Source: Eledone cirrhosa (lineage: Eukaryota). Taken from it: a stretch of DNA of 64,000 nucleotides. The DNA lies in contig OZ024766.1 in the NCBI GenBank assembly GCA_964016885.1, positions 16,740,001 to 16,804,000 of the forward strand, in the 5' to 3' direction. Of the stretch, positions 10,552-25,479 are shown in pieces. Position 1 is the first letter of the stretch; each line of letters starts with the position of its first letter. A program made the position numbers and the translations under genes. Below the pieces are notes generated by a model. The model was given only the letters and a program-made list of their open reading frames with translations, was not told where the DNA came from and searched no databases.

Positions 10552-10751
10552 TATCCAAAATTAAGATAAATTAAAACAAAATTAATCTATATCAAATTAT
10601 GGGTGTCATGCCAGAAAGACATGCGCCATATCACCCGTAAAATAAGCACCATGGAGCTTATTTTATGGGTGATATGGCACCTGTCTTTCTGGCATGACTC
10701 CCATAATTTGATTTACATTAATTTTATTTTAATTTATCTTAATTTTGGATA
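10552..10751. mobile_element. 200-bp foldback palindrome A (MITE-like, TA-flanked); copies 20895-21094, 32174-32373, 42685-42884, 55200-55399
   Basis: tatccaaaattaagataaatt...ccatgg...aatttatcttaattttggata; ~100-bp arms with few mismatches, centre at 10651/10652. Confidence 0.8.
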
Positions 10752-11082
10752 CATATATATAAATACAGAGAAAGAGAAGAGTAGACAAACAGACAATGAC
10801 AAAGAAGAGGAATTAACCCCACACCCCCAGTATTTCACTGGTATTTCATTTATTGACCTCAAAATATCAAAGCAACTTTACCTCAGTGGGATTTGTACTC
10901 TGAAAACTAGAACAGACACTGAAAATATATCAAGATGTGCACACATGTATATAGGAACACATATAAACATACATATACATATACACACACACATACACAA
11001 ATAAAGATAATCATATTCATGGACAGAAATTTCTACACACTGACATATACACTCATACATATATATATATATATATATATAG

Positions 11083-11201
11083 AGGAAAATGTTTAACGCC
11101 GACGGCAGAGCTCAAGCCATTTCGACGGTTATGTCTGGACTGTTTCCAGAAATAGCCGTCGAAACGGATTGAGCTCTGCCATCGGGGTTAAACATTTTCC
11201 T
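11083..11201. mobile_element. 119-bp foldback palindrome B (MITE-like, next to (TA)n); copies 21425-21543, 32706-32824, 43202-43320, 55734-55852
   Basis: aggaaaatgtttaac(c)ccgacggcagagctcaa...ttgagctctgccgtcggggttaaacattttcct. Confidence 0.8.
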
Positions 11202-11629
11202 ATTACCCGCTCTACTACCCTAAGTATTGAGTACTCTGGTGCGTATATGGTCCATCTGGTTCTTTACTACACCTCCTTTGTTATATATATATATAATATT
11301 ATAAGAAACGAAAGGAGCTGTGTGGTTACTGTAAACAAAGTTTAAGATGGTAATATGGATGAAAGGAGAGAAGAAACCCTTCATCAGCTGTAAACCGAGA
11401 TCATAGATGGCTTGGCACATATATATATATATAGTGTTTGTAAATTCTGTACCATACAGATTTGTCAGCATAAGTCTTGGTTACAACTTCTACAAATAAA
11501 ATGAAAGGAGAATAATTTCAGAACAAACAAGTTTTATTCAAAACATTAACAACATTGGTGGCACTATTTTCGGTGAGTGACATGGTTTTTATCTTGTCTG
11601 ATTGTGTTTGTTACATTAAGTAACTTCAT

Positions 11630-12321
11630 GTTGGTACCACAACATTTAGAAAATGATTTACCACAGACAACACAGTGATATGGTTCCTTTCCTATATATG
11701 TTAGTGTCTAGTGAAGCCACAACATTTAGAGAATGATTTACCACAGACATCACAGTGATATGGTTCCACTCCTGTATATGTTAGTGTGTAGCGAAGCCAC
11801 ATTTAGAGAAGGATTTACCACAGACATCACAGCATCACAGTGATATGGTTCCTCTCCTGTATATGTTAGTGTCTAGTGAAGCCACAACATTTAGAGAATG
11901 ATTTACCACAGACATCACAGTGGTATGGTTCCTCTCCTGTATGTTAGTGTCTAGTGAAGCCACAACATTTAGAGAAGGATTTACCACAGACATCACAGTG
12001 ATAAGGTTCCTCTCCTGAATATGTTAGTGTCTAGTGAAGCCACAATATTTAGAGAATGATTTACTGCAGATATTACTGTGATATGGTTCCTTTTCTGTAA
12101 ATGTTAGTGCTGAGTGAAGTGACTTATTTCAGAGAATGATTTCCCACAGATATCACAGTGATATGGCTTTTCTCCAGTATATATTTATGTTTGTATGTAG
12201 TTAATGTAGCAATACAAGAGAATAATTTCTCCACAACATCACAGTGGTATGGCTTCTCACTCATATGAATGTATTTGTGTCTAATTAATTTACAATTTTG
12301 AGACAATGAGATATGACTTTG
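11630..12321 (-). pseudogene. Degenerate or frameshifted finger array (80-bp units) 3' of ZF copy 2
   Basis: [20 protein letters not shown]-type units with stops and frameshifts. Confidence 0.8.
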
Positions 12322-13926
12322 TTATGGTTTCTTACCTGTATGGGTATATTTGTGTTTAGTTAAACTACTTAATTGAGAGAATGATTTACCACAGCGATAT
12401 GGCTTCTCACCTGTATGGATACGTAAGTGTTGAGTTAAGGGACTACTTTGAGAGAATGATTTACCACAGATATCACAGTGATATGGCTTCTCACCTGTAT
12501 GTATACGTTTGTGACTAATTAAATTACTACAAGAAGAGAATGATTTACCACAGATATCACAGTGATATGGCTTGTCACCTGTATGGGTACGTATGTGACG
12601 AGTTAATATACTACTTAGAGAGAATGATTTACCACAGATATCACAGCGATATGGTTTTTCACCTGTATGTATACGCATGTGTGTAGTTAAGTTACTACTT
12701 TTATTGAATGATATACCACAGATATCACAGTGATATGGCTTCTCACCTGTATGTATACGTTTGTGTCTAGTTAATTTACTATTAACAAAGAATGATTTAC
12801 CACAGATATCACAGCGATATGGTTTCTCTCTTGTATGTATATGTTTGTGTGTAGTTAAATGACTACTTCGAGAGAATGATTTACCACAGATATCACAGTG
12901 ATATGGCTTGTCACCTGTATGGGTATGTTTGTGACTAGTTAAGGTACCACTTTCAGAGAATGATTTACCACAGATATCACAGTTATATGGCTTCTCTCCC
13001 GTATGTATATGTTTGTGTGTAGTTAAATGACTACTTAGAGAGAATGATTTACCACAGATATCACAGTGATATGGTTTCTCACCTGTATGTATACGCATGT
13101 GTTTAGTTAAGTTACTACTTTGAGAGAATGATCTACCACAGATAACACAGTGATTTGGCTTCTCTCCTGTATGTATATGTTTGTGTGTAGTTAAGGTACC
13201 ACTTAGAGAGAATGATTTACCACAGATATCACAGTGATATGGCTTCTCTCCTGTATGTATATGTTTGTGTGTAGTTAAATGACTACTTCGAGAGAATGAT
13301 TTACCACAGATATCACAGTGGTATGGCTTGTCACCTGTATGGGTACGTTTGTGGCTAGTTAAGGTACCACTTTCAGAGAATGATATACCACAGATATCAC
13401 AGTGATATGGCTTCTCTCCTGTATGTATATGTTTGTGTGTAGTTAAGGTACTACTTTGAGAAAATGATTTACCACAGATATCACAGTGATTCGGCTTCTC
13501 TCCTGTATGTATATGTTTGTGTGTAGTTAAGGTACAACTTTGAGAGAATGATTTACCACAGATATCACAGTGATATGGCTTGTCTCCTGTATGTGTACGT
13601 TTGTGGCTACTTAAGTGACCACTTCCAGAGAATGATTTACCACAGATATCACAGCGATATGGTTTCTCACCTGTATGTATACGTTTGTGGCTAGTTAATA
13701 TACTACTTTGAGAGAATGATTTACCACATATATCACAGTTATATGGCTTCTCTCCTGTATGGGTACGTTTGTGTCTAGTTAATTTACTACTAACAGAGAA
13801 TGATTTACCACAGACATCACAGTGATATGGCTTCTCTCCTCTATTGTTTGACATCTCTTCTGGAATAGCCATATCTTTAGACATTGTTTCACATTTAATC
13901 TTCTTTTCACTCAATATATTTTCCAT
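12322..13926 (-). CDS. Poly-C2H2 zinc-finger protein, copy 2 (534 aa, 17 intact fingers plus 1 broken terminal finger)
   Basis: Same leader; last finger reads YRCGKSF (9-bp deletion removes DIC, i.e. one Cys). Confidence 0.93.
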   Translation of the reverse strand: MENILSEKKIKCETMSKDMAIPEEMSNNRGEKPYHCDVCGKSFSVSSKLTRHKRTHTGEKPYNCDICGKSFSQSSILTSHKRIHTGEKPYRCDICGKSFSGSGHLSSHKRTHTGDKPYHCDICGKSFSQSCTLTTHKHIHTGEKPNHCDICGKSFSQSSTLTTHKHIHTGEKPYHCDICGISFSESGTLTSHKRTHTGDKPYHCDICGKSFSRSSHLTTHKHIHTGEKPYHCDICGKSFSLSGTLTTHKHIHTGEKPNHCVICGRSFSQSSNLTKHMRIHTGEKPYHCDICGKSFSLSSHLTTHKHIHTGEKPYNCDICGKSFSESGTLTSHKHTHTGDKPYHCDICGKSFSRSSHLTTHKHIHTREKPYRCDICGKSFFVNSKLTRHKRIHTGEKPYHCDICGISFNKSSNLTTHMRIHTGEKPYRCDICGKSFSLSSILTRHIRTHTGDKPYHCDICGKSFSSCSNLISHKRIHTGEKPYHCDICGKSFSQSSPLTQHLRIHTGEKPYRCGKSFSQLSSLTKHKYTHTGKKP

Positions 13927-15050
13927 AATAATTCTTCTTCCCTTGGCAGAATTTACAGATGTTATTCTTTAATATTTTTCATATTATATTCTTAAAAAAT
14001 ATTTCTTCTGTTATATTTCCCTCAATTATGATCTCAGTTAATATCTGAAATGATCAAACTTCTTTGTCATTGAAGCTGAGTTAAAATACAAAATATATCT
14101 CTCATATATATACCACATAGTGAAGAAAAGGAATTTTGTCTTTAAACTCAGCTCTGAGGAAATATATCACAGTAATTCTGATAGATTTAAATAAACAGTG
14201 TTATATAAGTTCTGTTTAAAAAGTTTTAATCTTCAAATGATGATAAATCGAGGTGATGTATCCAAGATTGAAAATAATAATTTATCCCAATGTCATCTGA
14301 TATTCTGAAATGAAAAAGAAACAGTATGAGATAATAGAGAATACTTAAGAAGCAGAGATAGATTTAACAGTGGAAATTTTACATCTATAAACCCTGGAAA
14401 CTTTTTATTGAAAAATCAAATTATTTTAGTTTTTAATTAGTTACAAGAAATCTTCCTCCACACCTGCAACCATGAGTGCATCTGGGGTTCTCTTCTCTTC
14501 AGAGAGATGGATCCTCATGAGGTGGAGAGAATACTTTGCTGATCTCCCAAACCCGATCACAACAGCATCTTCGGACGTACATGAGGTGAATCTGATAGCG
14601 GTGACTAATCTCTCGGAGGCTGAGGCGACAAGAGCAATTAAAGAGCTCAAATGTGACCGACTCATGTGTGTCAGATGGCCTGGGTCTCTGAAATGGCACT
14701 CAAGCAATGCAATCGGGAGTGATAATCCCAACTTATAAAAAGCGAGTCCAAGCTAGCTGATGGACAGTGCTGTTTTTTCCCTGGGTGCAACATAACCCAC
14801 CAAATATTCACACTGTGGCAGGTCTTTGAGAAATCGTGGGAGTATTGCTAAGAGGTATATATTATCGTTTTATAGACCTTGAAAATGCATATGATTGCAT
14901 TCTTCAGGACCTGCTGTGCACACAGGAGTTCCCATGGGCAGCCAGTCTTAAACATCTCTGTTATAGGCTGCAGGACGATAATAACTACGTGAGGGCTAAG
15001 AACAGAGCCCTGGTGGACACCAGACTACACTCCAAATTCTTCACTATAAT

Positions 15051-15227
15051 TGTTTCTATTTTAAACACAAGGCCAGCAATTACCCAGTACATTACTGATA
15101 CTTTATTTTATAGAACCCGTATGGATGTAAGGCAAAGTTAACCTCGGCGGGATTTGAACTCAGATCATAAAGGGACGTAACTCTGTGCCTCAAAGCATGG
15201 TGTCCGACTCTCTACCGATACTGCCAC
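15051..15227 (-). mobile_element. SINE copy, unit 2
   Basis: Same position and TSD as 3211-3387. Confidence 0.85.
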
Positions 15228-15559
15228 TTCACTATAATGAATGTTAATCCTGACATTGCTGACTGCTCTTCTATACATGGCTTTATGATCCTGTATACAA
15301 GACATGTATCAGACGGTTATTCAGCTAGCTCTTTAGAGTATTAGAACCTTATTATGTACAGCCACCGAGATCCCACACCAACAGATGTCCCTTCACCATC
15401 AAAGCAGTGCCCTGAAATACAGATACTAAACCCCTACTTGGATGGCTAACTCAAACATAATTATAATGAAATGAAACCCACAATAAAGTAATGTTCAACC
15501 ATAAGTAGATGAAGTTAATTAAATTGTAAGAGATTTAGAATAAAATAGACAAAATATTA

Positions 15560-16090
15560 ATTTACTTGAATTAAATAGACGTTTAAATGTACATAATTAA
15601 ATAGACGGAGGTAATTTAATTAATAAAAATATCTTTAACTTACTTAAAGCAATGACAAAGTACAGCTAAATATAAACTATATTTTATAATGTAAGGTAGT
15701 GAACAAGATAATTAAATAGACGGAGGTAATTTAGATAACAAAAATATCTTTAATTTACTTAAATTAATTTACAAGGTACAGCTAAATATAAACTATATTT
15801 TATAATGTAAGGTAGTGAACCACATAATTAAATAGACGGAGGTAATTTACATAATAAATATATCTTTAATTTACTTAAAGCAATAACAAGGTACAGCTAA
15901 ATATAAACTATATTTTATAATGTAAGGTAGTGAACAAGATAATTAAATAGACGGAGGTAATTTAAATAATAAATATATCTTTAATTTACTTAAAGCAATA
16001 ACAAGGTACAGCTAAATATAAACTATATTTTATAATGTAAGGTAGTGAACCACATAATTAAATAGACGGAGGTAATTTAAATAATAAAGA
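15560..16090. repeat. 115-bp minisatellite, unit 2 (~4.5 copies)
   Basis: Same monomer. Confidence 0.9.
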
Positions 16091-17026
16091 CAGTCATGAT
16101 AACAATATATTTTATATCACATGTAACAGTGGAATCTGGTTAATTACTGAATCGTTGTATGGTTCAAATAATTATATTATTTACACACATTAATATAGAC
16201 ATTAAGTAAATCTTTGTCAACTTATCTCCTTCACATATAATCAATGTATTGTGTTGTTAGTTGTTACTAAACAACCAAAGAAATAATCTCTTTGTTATCA
16301 AGTTAGAAGTTCCAATGTTATCAGCTTTATTTCACGACATTAACGTTGGTGTATCTTCTTCATCTTTAGTCATAAAATGATATCTTGTCAGAATGAAGTG
16401 GTGAGGCTGACTTTATGTCTTTAGCTACAGATTTGATAGGAAATATATATATATTAGGTTGATATGTGGTCTAAAATATATATATTGTCTATAAATGACT
16501 GATAGCAGATGTTCTGGTGAAATAGTAGTTTTACTACTACAGATTGTAATGGAACTCTTAGTAGACACAATTGTAAAGTAAGAATAGATATGACAGTGTA
16601 AGACTGATGTCGGGGAATTAAAATTGTGTGTGTGTATATATATATAATTGTTACACAAGATATAATTAGATTAATTAAAGTTATCACGAAGACAGCAGGT
16701 ACTCGGTGTCTTAGCGAATGTTTCGACTCTCGTACGGTGTCAAACGTGAAAAGTCCCTGACATAATTTAGTACCTTCACACACATTTCCAGTTGTATTTA
16801 ATTCTATAGTGATGTGATTTATTAAAAAGAAATGTGATAATTGTTTCTACTTTTGGCACAAGGCCAGCAATTACCCTAGTGTATTACTGGTACTATATTT
16901 TATCGACCCTGTAATAATTGTTTCTACATTAGGCACAAGGCCAGCAATACCCCAGTACATTACTGGTACTTTATTTTACCGACCCCGTAGGGATGAAAGG
17001 CAAAGCTAACCTCTGAGGGATTAACT

Positions 17027-19330
17027 TTGCTTTTCATCCTTATCTCTATACATATAGAAAATGGACAGAGTGTGTACTTCACTGAAACCACTGCTCATCA
17101 GTTGACACCAGCACCACCTGACACTACTCTAACTGCTTTTTTGAAACACTGCCAGAATAAAGAATTTGTTCGATCCCTCCTATATGCTGACATCCCAAAA
17201 TACTACACCTGGACCAATTGTAAGACTTGGAATCAAAGGAAGCAGGGTCATTTAGTGGAAGGTGATGAAGTCAAGGCAAGTGATGCTATTGGGCATGTTT
17301 ACAATGACCACCCCAACAACAGAGAGAGTTTTTATTTACAGCCACTTCTGCATATTGTTCAAGGACCAACGTCATTTGGGGATCTCAGGTGATTTGGTGG
17401 AAGAGTGCAGCACATACCGAGAAGCATCTAAAGAACATCAAATCCTGCATGGCAATTGACATTGGAAGAAGAGACTAGAAGGAGCAGTCACAGGAGTAGC
17501 CAGTTAAATAAGACAGCCATGGACTCCTGTATGACAACTGACATTGGAAGAAGAGTCTAGAAGGAGCAGTCACTGGAGTAGCCAGGTAAATAAGACAGCC
17601 ATGGACTTCTGTATGACAACTGAGATTGGAAGAAGAGACTAGAAGGAGCAGTCACTGGAGTAGCGAGTTAAATAAGACAGCCATGGACTCCTGTATGACA
17701 ACTGACATTGGAAGAAGAGACTAGAAGGAGCAGTCACTGGAGTAGCCAGTTAAATAAGACAGCCATGGACTTCTGTATGACAACTGACATTGGCAGAAGT
17801 GACTAGAAGGAGCAGTCACTGGAGTAGCCACTTAAATAAGACAGTCATGGACTCCTGTATGACGACTAACATTCGAAGAAGGGACTAGAAGGAGCAGTCA
17901 CAGGAGTAGCCAGCTAAATAAGACAGCCATGGACACCTGTATGACAACTGACATTGGAAGAAGGGACTAGAAGGAGCAGTCACTGGAATAGCCAGTTAAA
18001 TAAGACAGCCATGGACTCCTGTATGACAACTGACATTGGAAAGAGAGACTAGAAGGAGCAGTCACTGGAGTAGCCAGTTAAATAAGACAGTCATGGACAC
18101 CTGTATGACAACTAACATTGGAAGAAGGGACTAGAAGGAGCAGTCACTGGAGTAGCCAGTTAAATAAGACAGCCATGGACACCTGTATGACAACTAACAT
18201 TGGAAGAAGGGACTAGAAGGAGCAGTCACTGGAGTAGCCAGTTAAATAAGACAGCCATGGACTTCTGTATGACAACTGAGATTGGAAGAAGGGACTAGAA
18301 GGAGCAGTCACTGGAGTAGCCAGTTAAATAAGACAGCCATGGACTCCTGTATGACAACTGACATTGGATGAAGAGACTAGAAGGAGCAGTCACTGGAGTA
18401 GCCAGTTAAATAAGACAGTCATGGACACCTGTATGACAACTAACATTGGAAGAAGGGACTAGAAGGAGCAGTCACTGGAGTAGCCAGTTAAATAAGACAG
18501 CCATGGACTTCTGTATGACAACTGAGATTGGAAGAAGGGACTAGAAGGAGCAGTCACTGGAGTAGCCAGTTAAATAAGACAGCCATGGACTCCTGTATGA
18601 CAACTGACATTGGATGAAGGGACTAGAAGGAGCAGTCACTGGAGTAGCCAGTTAAATAAGTCAGCCATGGACTCCTGTATGACAACTGACATTGGAAGAA
18701 GAGACTAGAAGGAGCAGTCACTGGAGGGGCCAGTTAAATAAGACAGCCATCGACACATGTATGACAACTGACATTGGAAGAAAGGACTAGAGGGAGCAGT
18801 CACAGGAGTGGCCAATTAAATAAGACAGCCATGGACACCTGTATGACAACTGACATTGGAAGAAGGGACTAGAAGGAGCAGTCACTGGAGTAGCCAGTTA
18901 AATAAGACAGCCATGGACTCCTGTATGACAACTGACATTGGAATAAGAGACTAGAAGGAGCAGTCACTGGAGTGGCCAATTAAATAAGACAGCCATGGAC
19001 ACCTGTATGACAACTGACATTGGAAGAAGGGACTAGAAGGAGCAGTCACTGGGGTAGCCAGTTAAATAAGACAGCCATGGACACCTGTATGACAACTGAC
19101 ATTGGAAGAAGGGACTAGAAGGAGCAGTCACTGGAGCAGCCAGTTAAATAAGACAGTTGTTTGCTACTATACTCACAGCATCTGGAATAAATCTCATCTA
19201 CCCTGGCAGGAGTACAAAAACAATATATCAGACGACTATCTACATCTAGCCCAAAGATGTTATAGCAATATTTATGTGGAATCTACATCCAGGATTTACA
19301 ATCAACCTCTGTGCAACCTGTCCCATTGAA
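17027..19330 (+). mobile_element. Helitron relic, unit 2
   Basis: 121-aa ORF 17027-17392 plus continuation after the array. Confidence 0.82.
17458..19155. repeat. 82-bp minisatellite, unit 2 (~21 copies)
   Basis: Period 82 (17461/17543). Confidence 0.95.
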
Positions 19331-21393
19331 TTCCAGCAATGAATAGCAATGCAGGATGCCAGAGCCAGAAGAAATTGAGGTAATACGATCAGTTTTTCAG
19401 GAGACAAACCATGATATTGAAGTGTTGCGTAAGTTTGTGGATGAAAATAAACCTTGACTGGTGGATGACCAGAAATATGCCTACCACAAGATCTTGAAAA
19501 ACATTCAACATGACAACACCCAGCACTCACTGTAAATGAGGTTGGCGTTAGGAAGGGCATCCATCTTTAGAAATCAAGCCACAATCAGTTCCCGTACCAC
19601 CCTTGCAAGCAGGGAAAAAGCGGACGTGAAATGAAATGATGATGAATGATGATTTTTTCAATAGGGTCACTTTAACGAATCAAAAGATATATAACAGAAA
19701 AACAGGCACTAAAATATATTTTCCGTGCTATTTCAAACTTCACCTTTTCTCTATATATAGAGAGAGAGCGAGAGGACAATTTGTCATGTCTTCATTACAT
19801 TTATTGAGCAGTGAAGCACGTTTTGCTATCGATCAGCTCAAGGTTTGATCTGTATTGATCTAGCCTGACTCTGGAATTAAAAGCTTGTCAGACTTCTGTT
19901 GTGGTAATGTTACAATCCCTAGATATCATCATCATTGATTAATGTCTATCTTCCATGCTAGCATGGGTTGGACGGGTTTGTCGTATTTAGAAGCAAGTTA
20001 GGTCGGGTGACCGTGTCTCGCTCATATGTAAATATATATAGCAGGCGCTGCAAAAAAGATCCGGAAACTAACCATGCATCCCAGACATGGCTTCAAGTGA
20101 CCCAGGCGGGCAGGTGCAGCAAACAAACGTTGCATACCTGACCCTGTGCGTATCGACAATGGTAGGGTTGTAACCATATCTTGTAACAGAGAAAAAAATT
20201 TTCTGGGAAAGACTGCCCTCACACCAGCTAGAGTTACCTCCCTTGACCTACTGCAACATCAAAACACGCTTTTTTGCGAAGAATGAACTCTGACGTGAAC
20301 TTATCTCTAAAAACACATTCTGGGCCATGTAAGGAACACTTTTTAGTTATTTATACCCTTGAGAAGCCCATCCAGGTGAAACGTACATCTTTTAACGGTC
20401 TGTTCTGCTATATTTTACTTTTCCACGTATAAATATATATATATATATATATATCAACTAGAAATTGATTGACATATAAATAAACATATGAAACAATCAC
20501 AGGGGATAATTTGTAAAAGTGTAAGCACACATAGCTAGGTAGGTAACTAAATAAAGTTTAACTAGAACTTCAAAAATAGATACCTTAGAAAATGATTAAT
20601 CTTCCTTGTATATATTCCATTAAAGAAATAAAGAAATATATTTCACCAATTAATCGATTGGTAAACGACAGTAGCCAGATCTTGGATTCTCAACAAGGAA
20701 GAAGTTCAACCATCTGTGTTTACGCATCAAGTTCAAATCAGCGACTGACCAGTAACACATGCTGTATCTACTAAAAATACACACATCATACCAGCTTCAT
20801 CCCAGTTGCGTGAATAGGGTTATTGACAACTAGAAACAGCAGTCAGGTCCTTTCAACAGAGTTAGCTCTACAATTAAGAGGCCGTATTTATATATATCCA
20901 AAATTAAGATAAATTAAAACAAAATTAATCTATATCAAATTATGGGTGTCATGCCAGAAAGACATGCGCCATATCACCCGTAAAATAAGCACCATGGAGC
21001 TTATTTTATGGGTGATATGGCACCTGTCTTTCTGGCATGACACCCATAATTTGATTTACATTAATTTTATTTTAATTTATCTTAATTTTGGATACATATA
21101 TATAAATACAGAGAAAGAGAAGAGTAGACAAACAGACAATGACAAAGAAGAGGAATTAACCACCCCAGTATTTCACTGGTATTTCATTTATTGGCCTCAA
21201 AATATCGAAGCAACTTTACCTCAGTGGGATTTGTACTCTGAAAACTAGAACAGACACTGAAAATATATCAAGATGTGCACACATGTATATAAGAACACAT
21301 ATAAACATACATATACATATACACACACATATATACACAAATAAAGATAATCATTTTCATGGACAGAAATTTCTACACACTGACATATACACT

Positions 21394-21425
<32 letters not shown>

Positions 21426-21969
21426 GGAAAATGTTTAACCCCGACGGCAGAGCTCAAGCCATTTCGACGGTTATGTCTGGACTGTTTCCAGAAATAGCCG
21501 TCGAAACGGATTGAGCTCTGCCGTCGGGGTTAAACATTTTCCTATTACCCGCTCTACTACCCTAAGTATTGAGTACTCTGGTGCGTATATGGTCCATCTG
21601 GTTCTTTACCACACCTCTTTTGTTATATATATATAAAATTATAAAAAACGAAAGGAGCTGTGTGGTTACTGTAAACAAAGTCTAAGATGGTAATATGGAT
21701 GAAAGGAGAGAAGAAACCCTTCATCAGCTGTAAACCGAGATCATAGATGTTTTGGCACATATATATATATACAGTGTTTGTAAATTCTGTACCATACAGA
21801 TTTGTCAGCATAAGTCTTGGTTACAACTTCTACAAATAAAATGAAAGGAGAATAATTTCAGAACAAAAAAGTTTTATTCAAAACATTAACATTGATGGCA
21901 CTATTTTCGGTGAGTGACATGGTTTTTATCTTGTCTGATTGTGTTTGTGTAACATTAAGTAACCTTATG

Positions 21970-22729
<760 letters not shown>

Positions 22730-23755
22730 TTATGGTTTCTTACCTGTATGGGTATATTTGTGTTTAGTTAAACTACTTAATTGAGAGAATGATTTACCAC
22801 AGATATCACAGTGGTATGGCGTGTCTCCTGTATGTATACGTATGTGGCTAGTTAAGGTACCACTTTCAGAGAATGATTTACCACAGATATCACAGTGATA
22901 TGGCTTCTCTCCTGTATGGATACGTATGTGGCTAGTTAAGGTACTACTATCAGAGAATGATTTACCACAGATATCACAGTGATATGGCTTGTCTCCTGTA
23001 TGTATACGTTTGTGGCTAGTTAAGTTACCACTTTCAGAGAATGATTTACCACAGATATCACAGTGATATGGCTTCTCTCCTGTATGGGTACGTTTGTGGC
23101 TAGTTAAGTGACCACTTTGAGAGAATGATTTACCACAGATATCACAGTGATATGGCTTCTCTCCTGAATGGGTACGTTTGTGGCTAGTTAAACTAACATT
23201 ATTAAAGAATGATTTACCACAGATATCACAGTTATAAGGCTTGTCTCCTGTATGAGTACGTATGTGAGAAGTTAAATATCTACTAAAAGAGAATGATTTA
23301 CCACAGATATCACAGTGATAAGGCTTGTCTCCTGTATGTGTACGTTTGTGGCTAGTTAAGTTACTACTTACAGAGAATGATTTAGCACAGATATCACAGT
23401 GATATGGTTTGTCACCTGTATGGGTACGTATGTGACAAATTAATATACGACTTAGAGAGAATGATTTACCACAGATATCACAGTGATAAGGCTTGTCTCC
23501 TGTATGTATATGTTTGTGTGTAGTTAAGGTACTACTATGAGAGAATGATTTACCACAGATATCACAGTGATATGGTTTGTCACCTGTATGGGTACGTATG
23601 TGACAAATTAATATACCACTTAGAGAGAATGATTTACCACAGACATCACAGTGATATGGCTTCTCTCCTCTATCCTTTGACATCTCTTCTGTAATAGCCA
23701 TATCTTTAGACATTGTTTCACATTTAATCTTCTTTTCACTTAATTTATTTTCCAT
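22730..23755 (-). CDS. Poly-C2H2 zinc-finger protein, copy 3 (341 aa, 11 fingers)
   Basis: Leader plus 11 x 28 aa, shared terminal finger [18 protein letters not shown]. Confidence 0.95.
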   Translation of the reverse strand: MENKLSEKKIKCETMSKDMAITEEMSKDRGEKPYHCDVCGKSFSLSGILICHIRTHTGDKPYHCDICGKSFSHSSTLTTHKHIHTGDKPYHCDICGKSFSLSRILICHIRTHTGDKPYHCDICAKSFSVSSNLTSHKRTHTGDKPYHCDICGKSFSFSRYLTSHIRTHTGDKPYNCDICGKSFFNNVSLTSHKRTHSGEKPYHCDICGKSFSQSGHLTSHKRTHTGEKPYHCDICGKSFSESGNLTSHKRIHTGDKPYHCDICGKSFSDSSTLTSHIRIHTGEKPYHCDICGKSFSESGTLTSHIRIHTGDTPYHCDICGKSFSQLSSLTKHKYTHTGKKP

Positions 23756-24973
23756 AATAATTCTTCTTCCCTTGGCAGAATTTACAGATGTTATTCTTTA
23801 ATATTTTTCATATTATATTCCTAAAAAATATTTCTTCTGTTATATTTCCCTCAATTATGATCTCAGTTAATACCTGAAGATGATGCAAACTTCTTTGTCA
23901 TTGAAGCTGAGTTAAAATACAAAATATATCTCTCATATATATACCACACAGTGAAGAAAAGTAATTTTGTCTTTAAACTCAGTTTTGAGGAAATATATAA
24001 CAGTAATTCTGATAGATTTATATAAACAGTGTTATATAAGTTCTGTTTAAAAAGTTTTAATCTTCAAATGATGATAAATAGAGGTGATGTATCCAAGATT
24101 GAAAATAATAATTTATCCCAATGTCATCTGATATTCTGAAATGAAAAAGAAACAGTATGAAATAATAGAGAATACTTAAGAAGCAGAGATAGATTTAACA
24201 GTGGAAATTTCACATCTATAAACCCTAGAAACTTTTTATTGAAAAATCAAATTATTTTAATTTTTAATTTGTTACAAGAAATCTTCCTCCACACCTGCAA
24301 CCATGAGTGCATCTGGGGTTCTCTTCTCTTCAGAGAGATGGATCCTCATGAGGTGGAGAGAATACTTTGCTGATCTCCCAAACCCGACCACAACAGCATC
24401 TTCGGATGTACATGAGGTGAATCTGATAGCGGTGACTAATCTCTCGGAGGCTGAGGTCACAAGAGCAATTAAAGAGCTCAAATGTGACCGACTCATGTGT
24501 GTCAGATGGCCTGGGTCTCTGAAATGGCACTCAAGCAAGGCAATCGGGAGTGATAATCCCAATTTATAAAAAGGGACACACGAGAGATTGTTCCAAATAG
24601 AGAGGGATCACCTTGTTAAGACTCCCTGGTAAAGTATATGCAAAGTTTCTGGCAAAGTGATGTAGCGAGTCGAAGCTAGCTGATGGACAGTGCTGTTTTC
24701 TCCCTGGGTGCAACATAACCCACCAAATATTCACACTGTGGCAGGTCTTTGAGAAATCGTGGGAGTATTGCTAAGAGGTATATATTATCGTTTTATAGAA
24801 CTGGAAAATGCACATGACCGCATTCTTCAGGACCTGCTGAGCATACAGGAGTTCACATGGGCAGCCAGTCTTAAACATCTCTGTTATAGGTTGCAGGATG
24901 ATAATAAGTAAGTGAGGGCTAAGAACAGAGCCCTGGTGGACACCAGACTACACTCCAAATTCTTCACTATAAT

Positions 24974-25150
24974 TGTTTCTATTTTAAACACAAGGCCAGC
25001 AATTACCCAGTACATTACTGATACTTTATTTTATAGAACCCGTATGGATGTAAGGCAAAGTTAACCTCGGCGGGATTTGAACTCAGATCATAAAGGGACG
25101 TAACTCTGTGCCTCAAAGCATGGTGTCCGACTCCCTACCGATACTGCCAC
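24974..25150 (-). mobile_element. SINE copy, unit 3
   Basis: Same position and TSD. Confidence 0.85.
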
Positions 25151-25479
25151 TTCACTATAATGAATGTTAATCCTGACATTGCTGACTGCTCTTCTATACA
25201 TGGCTTTATGATCCTGTATGCAAGACATGTATCAGACGGTTATTCAGCTAGCTCTTTAGAGTATTAGAACCTTATTATGTACAGCCACCGAGATCCCACA
25301 CCAACAGATGTCCCTTCACCATCAAAGCAGTTCCCTGAAATACAGATACTAAACCCCTACTTGGCTGGCTAACTCAAACATAATTATAATGAAATGAAAC
25401 CCACAATAAAGTAATGTTCAACCATAAGTAGATGAAGTTAATTAAATTGTAAGAGATTTAGACTAAAATAGACAAAATA

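Larger units (their letters stand above)
216..12321. repeat. Tandem segmental-duplication unit 1 (~12.1 kb)
   Basis: Same ordered modules recur with homologous ZF stop positions at 216, 12322, 22730, 34091, 44209, 57209. Confidence 0.95.

Noticed and set aside
8894-11471. Recurrent 60-130 aa intergenic ORFs (MPFLTPT.., MINLPC.., MSCQKD.., MLTNLY..)
   Set aside because: Overlap TE tails, palindromes or microsatellites, are frameshifted in some units, and lack domain signal
17027-17392. Recurrent 121-aa ORF as a conserved host gene
   Set aside because: Helitron fragment; starts at TTG within SINE-derived sequence, is disrupted in unit 1, and recurs only because of duplication
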